NCBI GenBank assembly: GCA_048941265.1 | Contig: JBHLNT010000055.1 | Location: 1-24,558, forward strand | From: Promethearchaeota archaeon | GTDB taxonomy: Archaea; Asgardarchaeota; Lokiarchaeia; Sigyniarchaeales; SOKP01 | Direction of reading: 5' to 3' | Length of the DNA stretch: 24,558 nt | Shown here: positions 9,606 to 18,338 of the stretch, piece by piece | How positions within the stretch are numbered: the stretch's first letter is position 1 | How the letters are laid out: every line of letters begins with the position of its first letter | The notes under the pieces: model-generated | Databases searched by the model: none | Told to the model about the DNA's origin: nothing | What the model saw: only the letters and a program-made list of their open reading frames with translations | Program-made: the position numbers and the translations under genes

Positions 9606-10316
9606 TTATTTCCTTCTCTTTATTAGTAAAATTGTGAGTCCTAATAATACTATTGCTCCGATCCCAGCTCCGATAATTAACAATAGAGTGTAGTCTATTT
9701 CTGGAACTAATATCGTCCATGTTGAAAAATGATCGGTTTCACATTCTAAATAACCATTTTTAGAAGTGGTTTCGACAGGAACCCATTCTTCATTTTTCTT
9801 ATCATAATAGGCCCATGTACCTCCTCGATTTTCATCATTCTCCTTTATTCTAAGTTTTGCCTGAATATCATCTTCACTAGATTCTACCTTGACTACAAAG
9901 CCTTCTCGATATGTGTAGCGATTGCGGTCTCTTGCAGTATACGTATTCCCTTTTAATAAACCTAAGCTATTTTGTTCTTCTTTGCAATTCATTGTTAAAT
10001 TGATAGGATCATCGGATTCAATTTCAATTTCAAAGTCTTTATCGCCAATTTTTTTAGCGTCACAATCAATAGAACAATTTGCCTTTTCATTACACTCAAC
10101 AGTTATTTCTGTTCTTTCTCTAAATCGAAATCTAACTCTTTCATTAGCACGAATCTGTTTTTGAATCTCATCCCCGTCATCAATGTTAATTTTTTTATCA
10201 TCACCGCTTGTTGCCACTACAGTTTGAGTGTTATATAGTGCTATTGTTGAAAATAGAATTGAGAACATAAACACACTAAACATAATTTTATGTACGTTTC
10301 TTATCATTTTTTTCAC
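9606..10316 (-). CDS. Single-pass surface protein with a juxtamembrane HFS motif; ectodomain paralogous to the adjacent regulator
   Basis: N-terminal signal peptide, C-terminal TM followed by KRRK. WAYYD....W...YLECETDHFSTWTIL lies just before the TM. Confidence 0.82.
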   Translation of the reverse strand: MKKMIRNVHKIMFSVFMFSILFSTIALYNTQTVVATSGDDKKINIDDGDEIQKQIRANERVRFRFRERTEITVECNEKANCSIDCDAKKIGDKDFEIEIESDDPINLTMNCKEEQNSLGLLKGNTYTARDRNRYTYREGFVVKVESSEDDIQAKLRIKENDENRGGTWAYYDKKNEEWVPVETTSKNGYLECETDHFSTWTILVPEIDYTLLLIIGAGIGAIVLLGLTILLIKRRK

Positions 10317-10344
10317 TTAAATTTTTTCTATAATGATAAAATTA

Positions 10345-10358
10345 GTTTTATATAAAAA
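10345..10358 (-). promoter_or_regulatory. Putative TATA box for the 9606..10316 gene
   Basis: TTTTTATATAAAA on the minus strand, about 30-40 nt upstream of the GTG 10316 start. Confidence 0.5.
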
Positions 10359-10372
10359 GGATTAAGGAATAG

Positions 10373-10402
10373 TTTTCCCCATATAGGTATATTTTTCCCC
10401 AT
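10373..10402. repeat. Direct repeat TTTTCCCCAT x2 with a 20-bp period; candidate operator
   Basis: Exact 10-mers at 10373-10382 and 10393-10402 in the AT-rich divergent intergenic region. Confidence 0.6.
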
Positions 10403-10570
10403 TTGGCACTAGTTTTTATAAGATTCTGTATTATATTTATCTCTTTTTCAATATTATTAGCAAATAGTAGAAAAAAAGGAATTAGAAACAAACTATATAA
10501 TCTATGTAGTACCTTTTTATAATTAAATAAAATATTTATTTTACACTCTAATCACATAGCTATTCTAAAA

Positions 10571-11989
10571 ATGACAAATAAATTAATTACCTTCAAAAAA
10601 AACGACATTAAGCAGGAGCAGCGATTATTATCAACAACTAAAGCAATCATTTATACTTTACCTAATATGGGCTTAACTGCTTTATTGGCAATTACGGTAT
10701 TTTTTACGCTCTTATTTTATATTAATATAATGGGACAACCTCCATTAATCGTTGGTGCTATTTATTCAGCCACAATTTTCGTCTATGCGGTATTCTGTGC
10801 GATTTGGGGGGTAATTGCTGATAAAATCGGTAAGAAAAAAGTACTCTTATTTTCGGGTCCTATACTTGCTATTAGTTTTGTTTTTATTTGGATTCCTCCG
10901 ACCCCTACTGGTTTGTATGGTGAAATCTTTCTACCCCTTCTATTTTGGTTAATAATCTTTGGATTTACATTTAGAATCATGATTGCGGCATTTCAACCCA
11001 TATTTTATTCCTTACTTCCAGAATTAAGTACTGATGAGCAGAATCGAGTTAAAATTTCAATGATAAACATGATAATGATGATTATAGGAACTGTTATAGG
11101 AACGATTGGACCCATCATTTTAATGGGAGATGCTACTAAAAATCTTTCGAGAGAGAACCCTAAACTTTATTATCCTATTTCCGAAATTGGTAGAATTATA
11201 CATACTCAAATAATATTTTTCGCATCTTTAATGAGTTTAATGTTTTGCATTTGTTTTGTTTTAATGCTACTAATTATTAAAGAACCCCCAAAACAAAGAG
11301 ACATGAATTTCTCATTTGCTCAAATATGGAAAGATTTAGCAGATCCGTTCAAAGATAAAAATTATAGATGGTTTTTGCTTACTTTTTATTTATTTTGGAT
11401 ACCATTTGTAGCATTTCAATACTTAGTTTTAAATTTGGCCACTTTTGTAATTTCCATTAGAGGTAATGAATTTCTATTAATGGCTATCGTAGTAATTATA
11501 TTTGCGGCATTATCCTTTATTGGTTGGAAGAAACTTTCTGAAAAGTATGGTTTAAAAGAAACCCTCTCAATCTGTCTCATTATTTCAATTTTCTCTTTCA
11601 TGCTTGTTTCATTATTACTGCTACCTATGAAAAATGAAATGATTTTAATCTTAGGAATCCTATTGATTTCACTTTGTTTTTGTAGTTTAGTAGGAACCAT
11701 GGTGTTTCCTTTTGCAATTATGAGTAATCTTATTGATAATGCCGAAATAAAAGCCAAGAAAATTTTAAGTGGATCATATTCCGGTGCTTTTATTATGATG
11801 GGATCTTTAGCCGCCGCAAGCTCTCTATTAGTTATTTCAGTAAATTTAGAAATATTTGGACCGGAAAACTCACTTGGATATATTATAATCTTATCTCTAA
11901 TCGGTACCATTTTGTTAATTGTAGCCTTAATAGTTTTTCAAAAAGTTCAAATTATAGGAAGAGAAAACTTAGAAAAAAAATCAAAATAA
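10571..11989 (+). CDS. MFS transporter, GPH/MelB-like (MFS_2)
   Basis: About 12 TM, motif A GVIADKIGKKK, YSLLPELSTDEQNR, PFKDKNYRWFL, LSEKYGLK. Confidence 0.88.
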   Translation: MTNKLITFKKNDIKQEQRLLSTTKAIIYTLPNMGLTALLAITVFFTLLFYINIMGQPPLIVGAIYSATIFVYAVFCAIWGVIADKIGKKKVLLFSGPILAISFVFIWIPPTPTGLYGEIFLPLLFWLIIFGFTFRIMIAAFQPIFYSLLPELSTDEQNRVKISMINMIMMIIGTVIGTIGPIILMGDATKNLSRENPKLYYPISEIGRIIHTQIIFFASLMSLMFCICFVLMLLIIKEPPKQRDMNFSFAQIWKDLADPFKDKNYRWFLLTFYLFWIPFVAFQYLVLNLATFVISIRGNEFLLMAIVVIIFAALSFIGWKKLSEKYGLKETLSICLIISIFSFMLVSLLLLPMKNEMILILGILLISLCFCSLVGTMVFPFAIMSNLIDNAEIKAKKILSGSYSGAFIMMGSLAAASSLLVISVNLEIFGPENSLGYIIILSLIGTILLIVALIVFQKVQIIGRENLEKKSK

Positions 11990-12140
11990 TAGATTAGTAA
12001 AAAGCAATTTTTTTTTATGTAAAAGTTTTAAAATCAAAATCATTATAAAAATATTATTAAGTTGTTTAGAACAAATATTAATAAACCAATTCTTATAAAA
12101 GAGAAGTTTTGATTAAAATTAATCGTGGAGTAAGAAAGAG

Positions 12141-14396
12141 ATGTCGTTAAAAGAATTCACCAAAGAAGTTTTCACTCGATATGGGCTGACCGAAGATGAT
12201 ATAAAAGTATATCTAATGTATTTGAGAACTCCTAGAGCGACTATTTCTGAAGCTTATCATTCCTTCGAGGAAGGCGAAATAGAGCATTCTAGAGTAGAAG
12301 AAATAACTAACATGTTAGTAGAGAAAAATTTTTTAAAACAAATTGACGGTATTGTAAATAGATTTATCCCTCTTGAACCGTATTTTGAATTATTTACTAA
12401 TGAATCAGAAATTTTTAGGAATGAAATAGCTAAAATTAAGGATAATGTTCTCGCTGATCAATCTAATAGATTTGATAAACTTGAGGCAATTCAGAACAAA
12501 ACTATTGAGGAAGTTGAGCAGGCTGTTAGTTCTCAAGTTAAAGATTTCTTCGAGGATTCAGATAGTAAAAACGTAAGTAAAAAGGAAAGGATTGACAAAG
12601 CAACTGCGCGATTTACTGAGACCACTAAAGCATTAGAAGCAGATCTTCATAGTATAAATGATAATCTAAATGCTGAACTTAAGAGAATTTCTCAATCATT
12701 TGTAAGCGATAATGAGAATGAAATAAATCAGGCTAAAGGAGGTTTAACTAAATTAATCGCAGAATTATTGAGTGATTTTTCTAACCGAATAAATAGCTTA
12801 GAAAAAGAATTGAAAAAAGATTTAGATGCTCATGTAGATAGACATCAAAATATTTCAAACGAACTTAAACCTAAACTGGAGCAAATTCTTGAGAAATATC
12901 TGGAACGGATGGATAAAGTTATTAATGATCTAAAGAAAAGGATTTCGAATCTACTCTCTGAGCATATAAATCATGTTAAAAGTACGACAGGTAGAGTTGA
13001 ATCAGATTCCCACATTAAAATGGATGATAGACATTTAAAATTAAGAGAACAAGTAAATGCATACAGAGATAGGGCATTAACCTTACTTGAGAATTTATTA
13101 AGCACTTCTAATATGTTTAGTGATTTTTCAGAAGATATAACCAAACAAGGCTTATTTTTTACCAAGGGAAAGAAAAGAAAATTTGTTGATCGATGGCAGA
13201 GAGTAGAAAAAGAAGTTGCATCAATATCAAGACCATTTAAAGATGATTATATTAATGATTGCAATGAATATATTAGAACTACTCAAACTACAATAGATGA
13301 ATTAAAAACCGATATCACAGACGTTATGGCAAGTGAAAATAGTTCCCTTTCTACGGAAACTACTGATCTGGATAAAAGGGCGCAAGATGAGATTAGCGCA
13401 GAATTAGAAGCATTAGCTACAGATATGGCTGGAGAAATTGACAATACTTTACGTAGTGGAGTTAAAGATTGTAGTGATACCTCTATAAAATTAAAAGATT
13501 CTTTAGAAAATTCATTAAAACAGCACAACAAGCAATATGATGAGGCTATTAATACACATAAGGATGGTTCCCTGCAATATTATGATAAATTTGATGCGGA
13601 AATAAAATCAAAAAATCAAAAATGGACGAGTGATGTAGAAGGAAAATTTTCTAGTGGAAAAAAAGATAGTTCTGAAAAAATTGATGCCGAAATTAATCTA
13701 TGGAACGCAGAATCTGCGGACATGGATAAAATGTTAGCAGATATGCTTGAAGATCATAAGAATAAATATAAATCAAATGCTGAAACACTTCAAAATAAAT
13801 TATCAACTACTGCTCGAGATAATATTCAAAATGTAAAAGATGCTATTGCCGACTTCACACTTCAATTCATGAACTCAATTGATGACTCAACAGAATTGGC
13901 CGAAACAAACGAGAATAAATTGAAAGATATTCATACTGCTTCCAGTGCAATCCCAGAAATTAGTCAAGTCACAACATGGCATACAATAGGACGAGATGCA
14001 TTGATTGCTGCGATAAAGGATGCTATCTATAGAACAAAATCATCAGTTATAATAGTAACCCCTGTTGTAATACCAGAAATATTACAATTTCTCTCTGAAT
14101 ATGCATTCCAACGAAAAGCTGCTCGCTTCATGCTTACGAGCCATTGGGATATGCAAACTTATGGTGATATCGTTAAAAAAATGATGCAACTAGGGAATAT
14201 TCAATTTCGAAATTTAACCTCTACAGGAGAGTACTACGCGCTTACACGAGATGCTGAAGAAGTAATTTTGGCTCCATATACCGATAAAGATGCGGAAATG
14301 ATTAGCATTGTGAGCAATCATCCAGCATACGCACGTCTCTACAGTCAATTTATTGGACCAATATTTCAGGCTAATAGTCGACCAATCAAGCTTTAG
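12141..14396 (+). CDS. TrmB-like wHTH + long coiled-coil/helical region + C-terminal TrmB effector (PLD-fold-like) domain
   Basis: YGLTEDDIKVYL...LVEKNFL...RFIPLEP (TrmB N-terminus). About 520 aa of E/K/D/L-rich helical sequence with almost no Pro. IGRDALIAAIKDAIYRTKSSVIIVTP...RDAEEVILAP (TrmB C-terminus). GGAG upstream. Confidence 0.75.
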   Translation: MSLKEFTKEVFTRYGLTEDDIKVYLMYLRTPRATISEAYHSFEEGEIEHSRVEEITNMLVEKNFLKQIDGIVNRFIPLEPYFELFTNESEIFRNEIAKIKDNVLADQSNRFDKLEAIQNKTIEEVEQAVSSQVKDFFEDSDSKNVSKKERIDKATARFTETTKALEADLHSINDNLNAELKRISQSFVSDNENEINQAKGGLTKLIAELLSDFSNRINSLEKELKKDLDAHVDRHQNISNELKPKLEQILEKYLERMDKVINDLKKRISNLLSEHINHVKSTTGRVESDSHIKMDDRHLKLREQVNAYRDRALTLLENLLSTSNMFSDFSEDITKQGLFFTKGKKRKFVDRWQRVEKEVASISRPFKDDYINDCNEYIRTTQTTIDELKTDITDVMASENSSLSTETTDLDKRAQDEISAELEALATDMAGEIDNTLRSGVKDCSDTSIKLKDSLENSLKQHNKQYDEAINTHKDGSLQYYDKFDAEIKSKNQKWTSDVEGKFSSGKKDSSEKIDAEINLWNAESADMDKMLADMLEDHKNKYKSNAETLQNKLSTTARDNIQNVKDAIADFTLQFMNSIDDSTELAETNENKLKDIHTASSAIPEISQVTTWHTIGRDALIAAIKDAIYRTKSSVIIVTPVVIPEILQFLSEYAFQRKAARFMLTSHWDMQTYGDIVKKMMQLGNIQFRNLTSTGEYYALTRDAEEVILAPYTDKDAEMISIVSNHPAYARLYSQFIGPIFQANSRPIKL

Positions 14397-14546
14397 AAAA
14401 TTATTATTTTTCTTAAAAAAAAACAGTTTTTTTATTTCTTTCTTTTATAATTTAATATTTTTGAAAAAAATTGAGTTAAATAATTCAAATAGATTTTGTT
14501 TCTTTTGATTTTTTAACCAAATAGAAAAAAAGAGATTTAAAAAAAA
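14397..14546. terminator. T/A-tract region between convergent genes; probable archaeal oligo-T terminators on both strands
   Basis: Several T5-T8 and A6-A9 runs between the stops at 14396 and 14547. Confidence 0.4.
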
Positions 14547-15839
14547 TTAATCCCACTTAGGACCGCCACTTTTCTCGACAGAATTATCGTCATCCTCAGT
14601 GTGAATTCTCTTTAAGTCGATATCTGAATATCCAGGTAAGGTATTTAATAATAATCTCATAGCATTTTCAATATCTTTCGAGGATGTGACAAATCTACCA
14701 ACAATTAGGATATCCGCCCCCATTTCAAGGGCATATCTAGCAGAACGGTGGTCAATTCCTCCAGCAACAGCTACCAATACACGATCTCTTCCAGATGCTA
14801 ATTTTTTATCTTTATATAATCCCTTAATTTTAGGGATATTTTGCCAGGCTTGTTTTTGAGCATCATCAGTTCCTGAGGCTGCTGTTTCAGCATCAATCGC
14901 CCTATGAAGAATTACTACATCGGGAATTTGTTTTAATTTACTTAATTTTTCAATTGGATCGTCTAATTCCATTGTATCTACAAACCCATAAATCCCCATC
15001 CGTCGGGCTTCCAGTAAAAATTTATCAATTGAAGATGTTGAAGCAAGACCACTCGCAACTGCGGCATCTGCGGTTGCATCAAATGCGAAGTCGACTTCTA
15101 ACTTACCTACATCTAAGGTCTTTAAATCGGCTACAATAAACTTTTCGGGTGTAAGTTCCCGAATTTCTTTGATTGCTTCTACTCCATATTTCTTCAAGAA
15201 AGGAGTACCAATTTCTAAAATTATTCTATCGCTTTTTGGAAGCTGTTTAACAACTTTTATATGATGAGATAATTCAGGATGATCTAACGCGACTTGAATA
15301 TAGGGGGGTCTCCATAATCTTGGAACTCTCATACCTGCTACAGGGTGTTTGGCTCTATCTTTGTCATAAAAGATTTTTTCTATTGGAGGATAGTTTTTTA
15401 ATGCTCTTGTAAGGGCCAATTTGACAGCACCATAGTTATATTGATAAATTTTTCGATAATCATGTGCTTCGGGATGGATAAATACACTTACAATGACAAG
15501 CCAATCATCTAATTTATTCATAGGGATGATACCCTCTTCAACAGCGTCTGCAATTCCTTTCGCAACAGCAGCTTGTGCTGGTCCAAAAATCTTGTTGGCA
15601 TCTTCCATCTTGGAGACAGTTACTTTAGGAATGATAAGAGTGTACGGTTTGGGCACTAAATTAGGCCTTATACATGCCAAGAGACCACCATGACCCATAC
15701 TAGGTGAGCTTATTGCATTAGCAAAGGAAACTCCTATAGGGCCATCTTTGGAACCTATCACTAAATCTAAGTGAGCAAGGTTTGGAGCCTCACCGATAAG
15801 TGCCTCACCCACATAATACTCCACTTTAGCCATTTTCAA
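14547..15839 (-). CDS. fae-hps: Bifunctional formaldehyde-activating enzyme / 3-hexulose-6-phosphate synthase
   Basis: Fae part: VGEALIGE, AHLDLVIG, FGPAQAAVAK, VSVFIHP, YNYGA. Hps part: QVALD, EIGTP, ADLKTLDVG, VAVAGGI, ILIVGR. Likely start is ATG 15833. Confidence 0.93.
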   Translation of the reverse strand: MKMAKVEYYVGEALIGEAPNLAHLDLVIGSKDGPIGVSFANAISSPSMGHGGLLACIRPNLVPKPYTLIIPKVTVSKMEDANKIFGPAQAAVAKGIADAVEEGIIPMNKLDDWLVIVSVFIHPEAHDYRKIYQYNYGAVKLALTRALKNYPPIEKIFYDKDRAKHPVAGMRVPRLWRPPYIQVALDHPELSHHIKVVKQLPKSDRIILEIGTPFLKKYGVEAIKEIRELTPEKFIVADLKTLDVGKLEVDFAFDATADAAVASGLASTSSIDKFLLEARRMGIYGFVDTMELDDPIEKLSKLKQIPDVVILHRAIDAETAASGTDDAQKQAWQNIPKIKGLYKDKKLASGRDRVLVAVAGGIDHRSARYALEMGADILIVGRFVTSSKDIENAMRLLLNTLPGYSDIDLKRIHTEDDDNSVEKSGGPKWD

Positions 15840-16037
15840 TCTAAATTTTTGTTTTATTTAATTTAATTAATTCTTGTGGTGTTTTATTTATTTTAATGCT
15901 TATATTTTGCAGATAATATTTTAATAACTCTTTCTGCAAGTAATTAAAGAAAATACACATTATTAAAATTACCATACAAAATATTAATTATATGTCATAA
16001 ACTAAGAATAAAGTAAGATTAATTTTTTTTCTTTTTT

Positions 16038-16874
16038 TTATGATTCTTTTTGATTTTGAACTAGATTTTGATTATTTTCTTCCTCTGATATACGATCAGG
16101 TATTTTAAAAGCATTTAACACGTCAGTTATAACTCCCGGACTAAAAAACCTTTCTTCTGAAAATATAGGAATTTTTAAATTTAAAGTCTGAATTTTAGAT
16201 TTATCATTTTCATGAATATACAATTCAATTCCTTGAATTTGTCGGTCATTAATGATTAAGCGTGTAGAATAATCATAATCACTAAAAAAAGTAAAACCCC
16301 TATTGAGAACACCCATTTTAAATGGTATTTTTATAATTTTTTCTTTTTGAACAAAAGTTTCTACTACATCTTCTTCAGTATACACATTTCCGCTAATTAA
16401 AAAGAATTTACGTATATAGTTTTCGGGAGGTGGTATATCGTTGATGTACTCAATCGCTTTATTAATATCAATATTTGTAGCAATAGTAATATCTAATCTA
16501 GCGCTTGAACCATACTGCTTCTCCATAAAATCTTTTTTTTCGAAGGATTTTGCTATCCCGCCCCCTAATTTTTTTTCAATTACATCTTGATATTTTTTAT
16601 CATCCTTAGAATAAGCATTCAAGGAATATACTCGATAAAATAATCTTAGTTGTTGTCTCATTTTTCTTGCTAAGATTCCCCCATAGATTTGAAGCTTAAA
16701 AGAACTCTTTTGACCGTTCCACATATAGATCATTTTAGAATCATGGTCAATTATTAAGAAGACTCTATCCTCATTATCATTCTCTAGTATGTCTCTAACA
16801 GTTTCTCCCTCGAAAATTTCATTAATAGCCATATGAGGAAATTCTTCTACTTCAAGTACTTCAAATACTTGCAT
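16038..16874 (-). CDS. Gelsolin-like domain protein with an uncharacterised C-terminal domain
   Basis: DRVFLIIDHDSKMIYMWNGQKSS...GILARKMR matches the gelsolin repeat pattern (vfilD....iyvWxGxxs). Confidence 0.65.
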   Translation of the reverse strand: MQVFEVLEVEEFPHMAINEIFEGETVRDILENDNEDRVFLIIDHDSKMIYMWNGQKSSFKLQIYGGILARKMRQQLRLFYRVYSLNAYSKDDKKYQDVIEKKLGGGIAKSFEKKDFMEKQYGSSARLDITIATNIDINKAIEYINDIPPPENYIRKFFLISGNVYTEEDVVETFVQKEKIIKIPFKMGVLNRGFTFFSDYDYSTRLIINDRQIQGIELYIHENDKSKIQTLNLKIPIFSEERFFSPGVITDVLNAFKIPDRISEEENNQNLVQNQKES

Positions 16875-17044
16875 AGATTCATTGGTGACTTGTGTTATAA
16901 TTTAATTTATTAATTCTCTTTAAAATAAATATTGTTATTTTTTTTTATATTTAGTGAAAAAGGAAAAAAGAAATCTAAATCGATAAAATATTTAAGTTTT
17001 AAGACATTTTATATCTCAATTTTCCTTTTGTAAATTTGATAAAA

Positions 17045-17452
17045 ATGAGTTCTGAGAAGAGAATATACAAGTTAAATATCTCCGGAGGTTCCTCTGGACC
17101 GGGAAAGGGATTGTCTAAACTCATAGAGATTGATGAGAAGAAATTTCGTTTTGAAGGCCTGAAAATAGGTGATACCATAAAAGGTGGCCTTATAGGATTT
17201 CCAAATTACGAATTTCAAATTACCGGTGGTAGTGATGCATCTGGATTTCCAATGCGCAAGGATGTCCATGGTCCAGTAAAGAAAAAAATATTAGTATCGA
17301 AACGAGGAATCGGATATAAACCTATGAGAAAAGGGCAGAAAAGGCGTAAAACGGTTAGAGGTAATGAAATAACCTATGATATGACATTGATTAACCTCAT
17401 GGTTATTAAATATGGAGAAGTTGAACTTTTTAAAACAAAAGAAGAAGGTTAA
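17045..17452 (+). CDS. rps6e: Ribosomal protein eS6
   Basis: KLNIS, YEFQITGGSDASGFPMRKDV, RRKTVRGN. Confidence 0.96.
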   Translation: MSSEKRIYKLNISGGSSGPGKGLSKLIEIDEKKFRFEGLKIGDTIKGGLIGFPNYEFQITGGSDASGFPMRKDVHGPVKKKILVSKRGIGYKPMRKGQKRRKTVRGNEITYDMTLINLMVIKYGEVELFKTKEEG

Positions 17453-17504
17453 AATTAGTAAATAAAACTTTATTGATAACAGACTCAAATAGTTGGATAT
17501 TTCT

Positions 17505-17687
17505 ATGGTAAAAGTAAAAAAGTGTAGTTTCTGTGGATATGATATTCCAATTGGGCGTGGGCTCATGTTTGTAAGGAGAGACGGAACCATTTTCAATTTC
17601 TGTACAAATAAATGTAGAAAAGCGATGTTAAAATATAAGAAAAACCCAAGAAAAACTCGTTGGACTACATTTTATGGCAAAGAGTAA
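17505..17687 (+). CDS. rpl24e: Ribosomal protein eL24
   Basis: CSFCGYDIPIGRGLMFVRRDG...FCTNKC...NPRKTRWT. Confidence 0.96.
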   Translation: MVKVKKCSFCGYDIPIGRGLMFVRRDGTIFNFCTNKCRKAMLKYKKNPRKTRWTTFYGKE

Positions 17688-17737
17688 TTTAATCTAATTT
17701 TATGATAAGTTAATATTAGAAATAATATTCGGCTTTG

Positions 17738-18268
17738 TTAATCTATTTCTCTGGGCAATTGTAACCCCTTTATACAAGCCCCAATTATAGAGAAACAACC
17801 TCCTAATGCTATTCCTATGACTCCAAAACCGATAACGTTATATTCCCAAAATCTATAGGTCGTTGTGGTGGTAGTCCTTAATGATTCATCTTTCTCGACT
17901 GTTGTTATAGAATATGTTAATAAATAATGAATTGAGAAAGCCCAAAAGACGATTACGACAATAATAACAAATCCCATAATAAGCCATATTCTTTCAACAA
18001 ATTCCATTCCCTTATCAGGATGTCTGGCATTTATAGCAGTTATAATAATTCTTATCGCACAAATTGAGATTATTACGGTGCATATGATTGATATTATAAG
18101 TGCTATGATATTATCCATCAAGGAAAATGATCCATGTAATGTCAAACCCCATATCCAGATAATCTCAGTATCTTTTAAGGGTATTGAGGCTGGTGTTAAA
18201 AGTGCAATAAAAATTAAAATACCCCCAATAAACGGAAAGATCCAAGAAAATTCTTTTAATTTACTAAT
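17738..18268 (-). CDS. Hypothetical 4-TM membrane protein; probably starts about 41 codons upstream of the ORF-track call
   Basis: The frame is open upstream of TTG 18145 and reads ISKLKEFSWIFPFIGGILIFIALLTPASIPLKDTEIIWIWG, which includes an additional TM helix. The candidate start is ATT 18268. Confidence 0.65.
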   Translation of the reverse strand: MSKLKEFSWIFPFIGGILIFIALLTPASIPLKDTEIIWIWGLTLHGSFSLMDNIIALIISIICTVIISICAIRIIITAINARHPDKGMEFVERIWLIMGFVIIVVIVFWAFSIHYLLTYSITTVEKDESLRTTTTTTYRFWEYNVIGFGVIGIALGGCFSIIGACIKGLQLPREID

Positions 18269-18338
18269 CTTAAATCAACTCTAAATGTTCTAAAATTTTT
18301 AAAAATTTTATTAAAAACTAAGTTAATATGTAATTTTA

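Noticed and set aside
11416-11910. 164-aa antisense ORF inside the MFS gene, and the other short antisense ORFs (e.g. 2851..3060, 9922..10164, 13283..13531, 17291..17596, 18078..18284, 22163..22384, 23993..24205)
   Set aside because: These are shadows of well-supported genes on the opposite strand and carry no motifs.
12141-14396. SMC/Rad50 ATPase or active phospholipase D/nuclease
   Set aside because: No Walker A/B or signature motif, and no HxK catalytic motif in the C-terminal domain.
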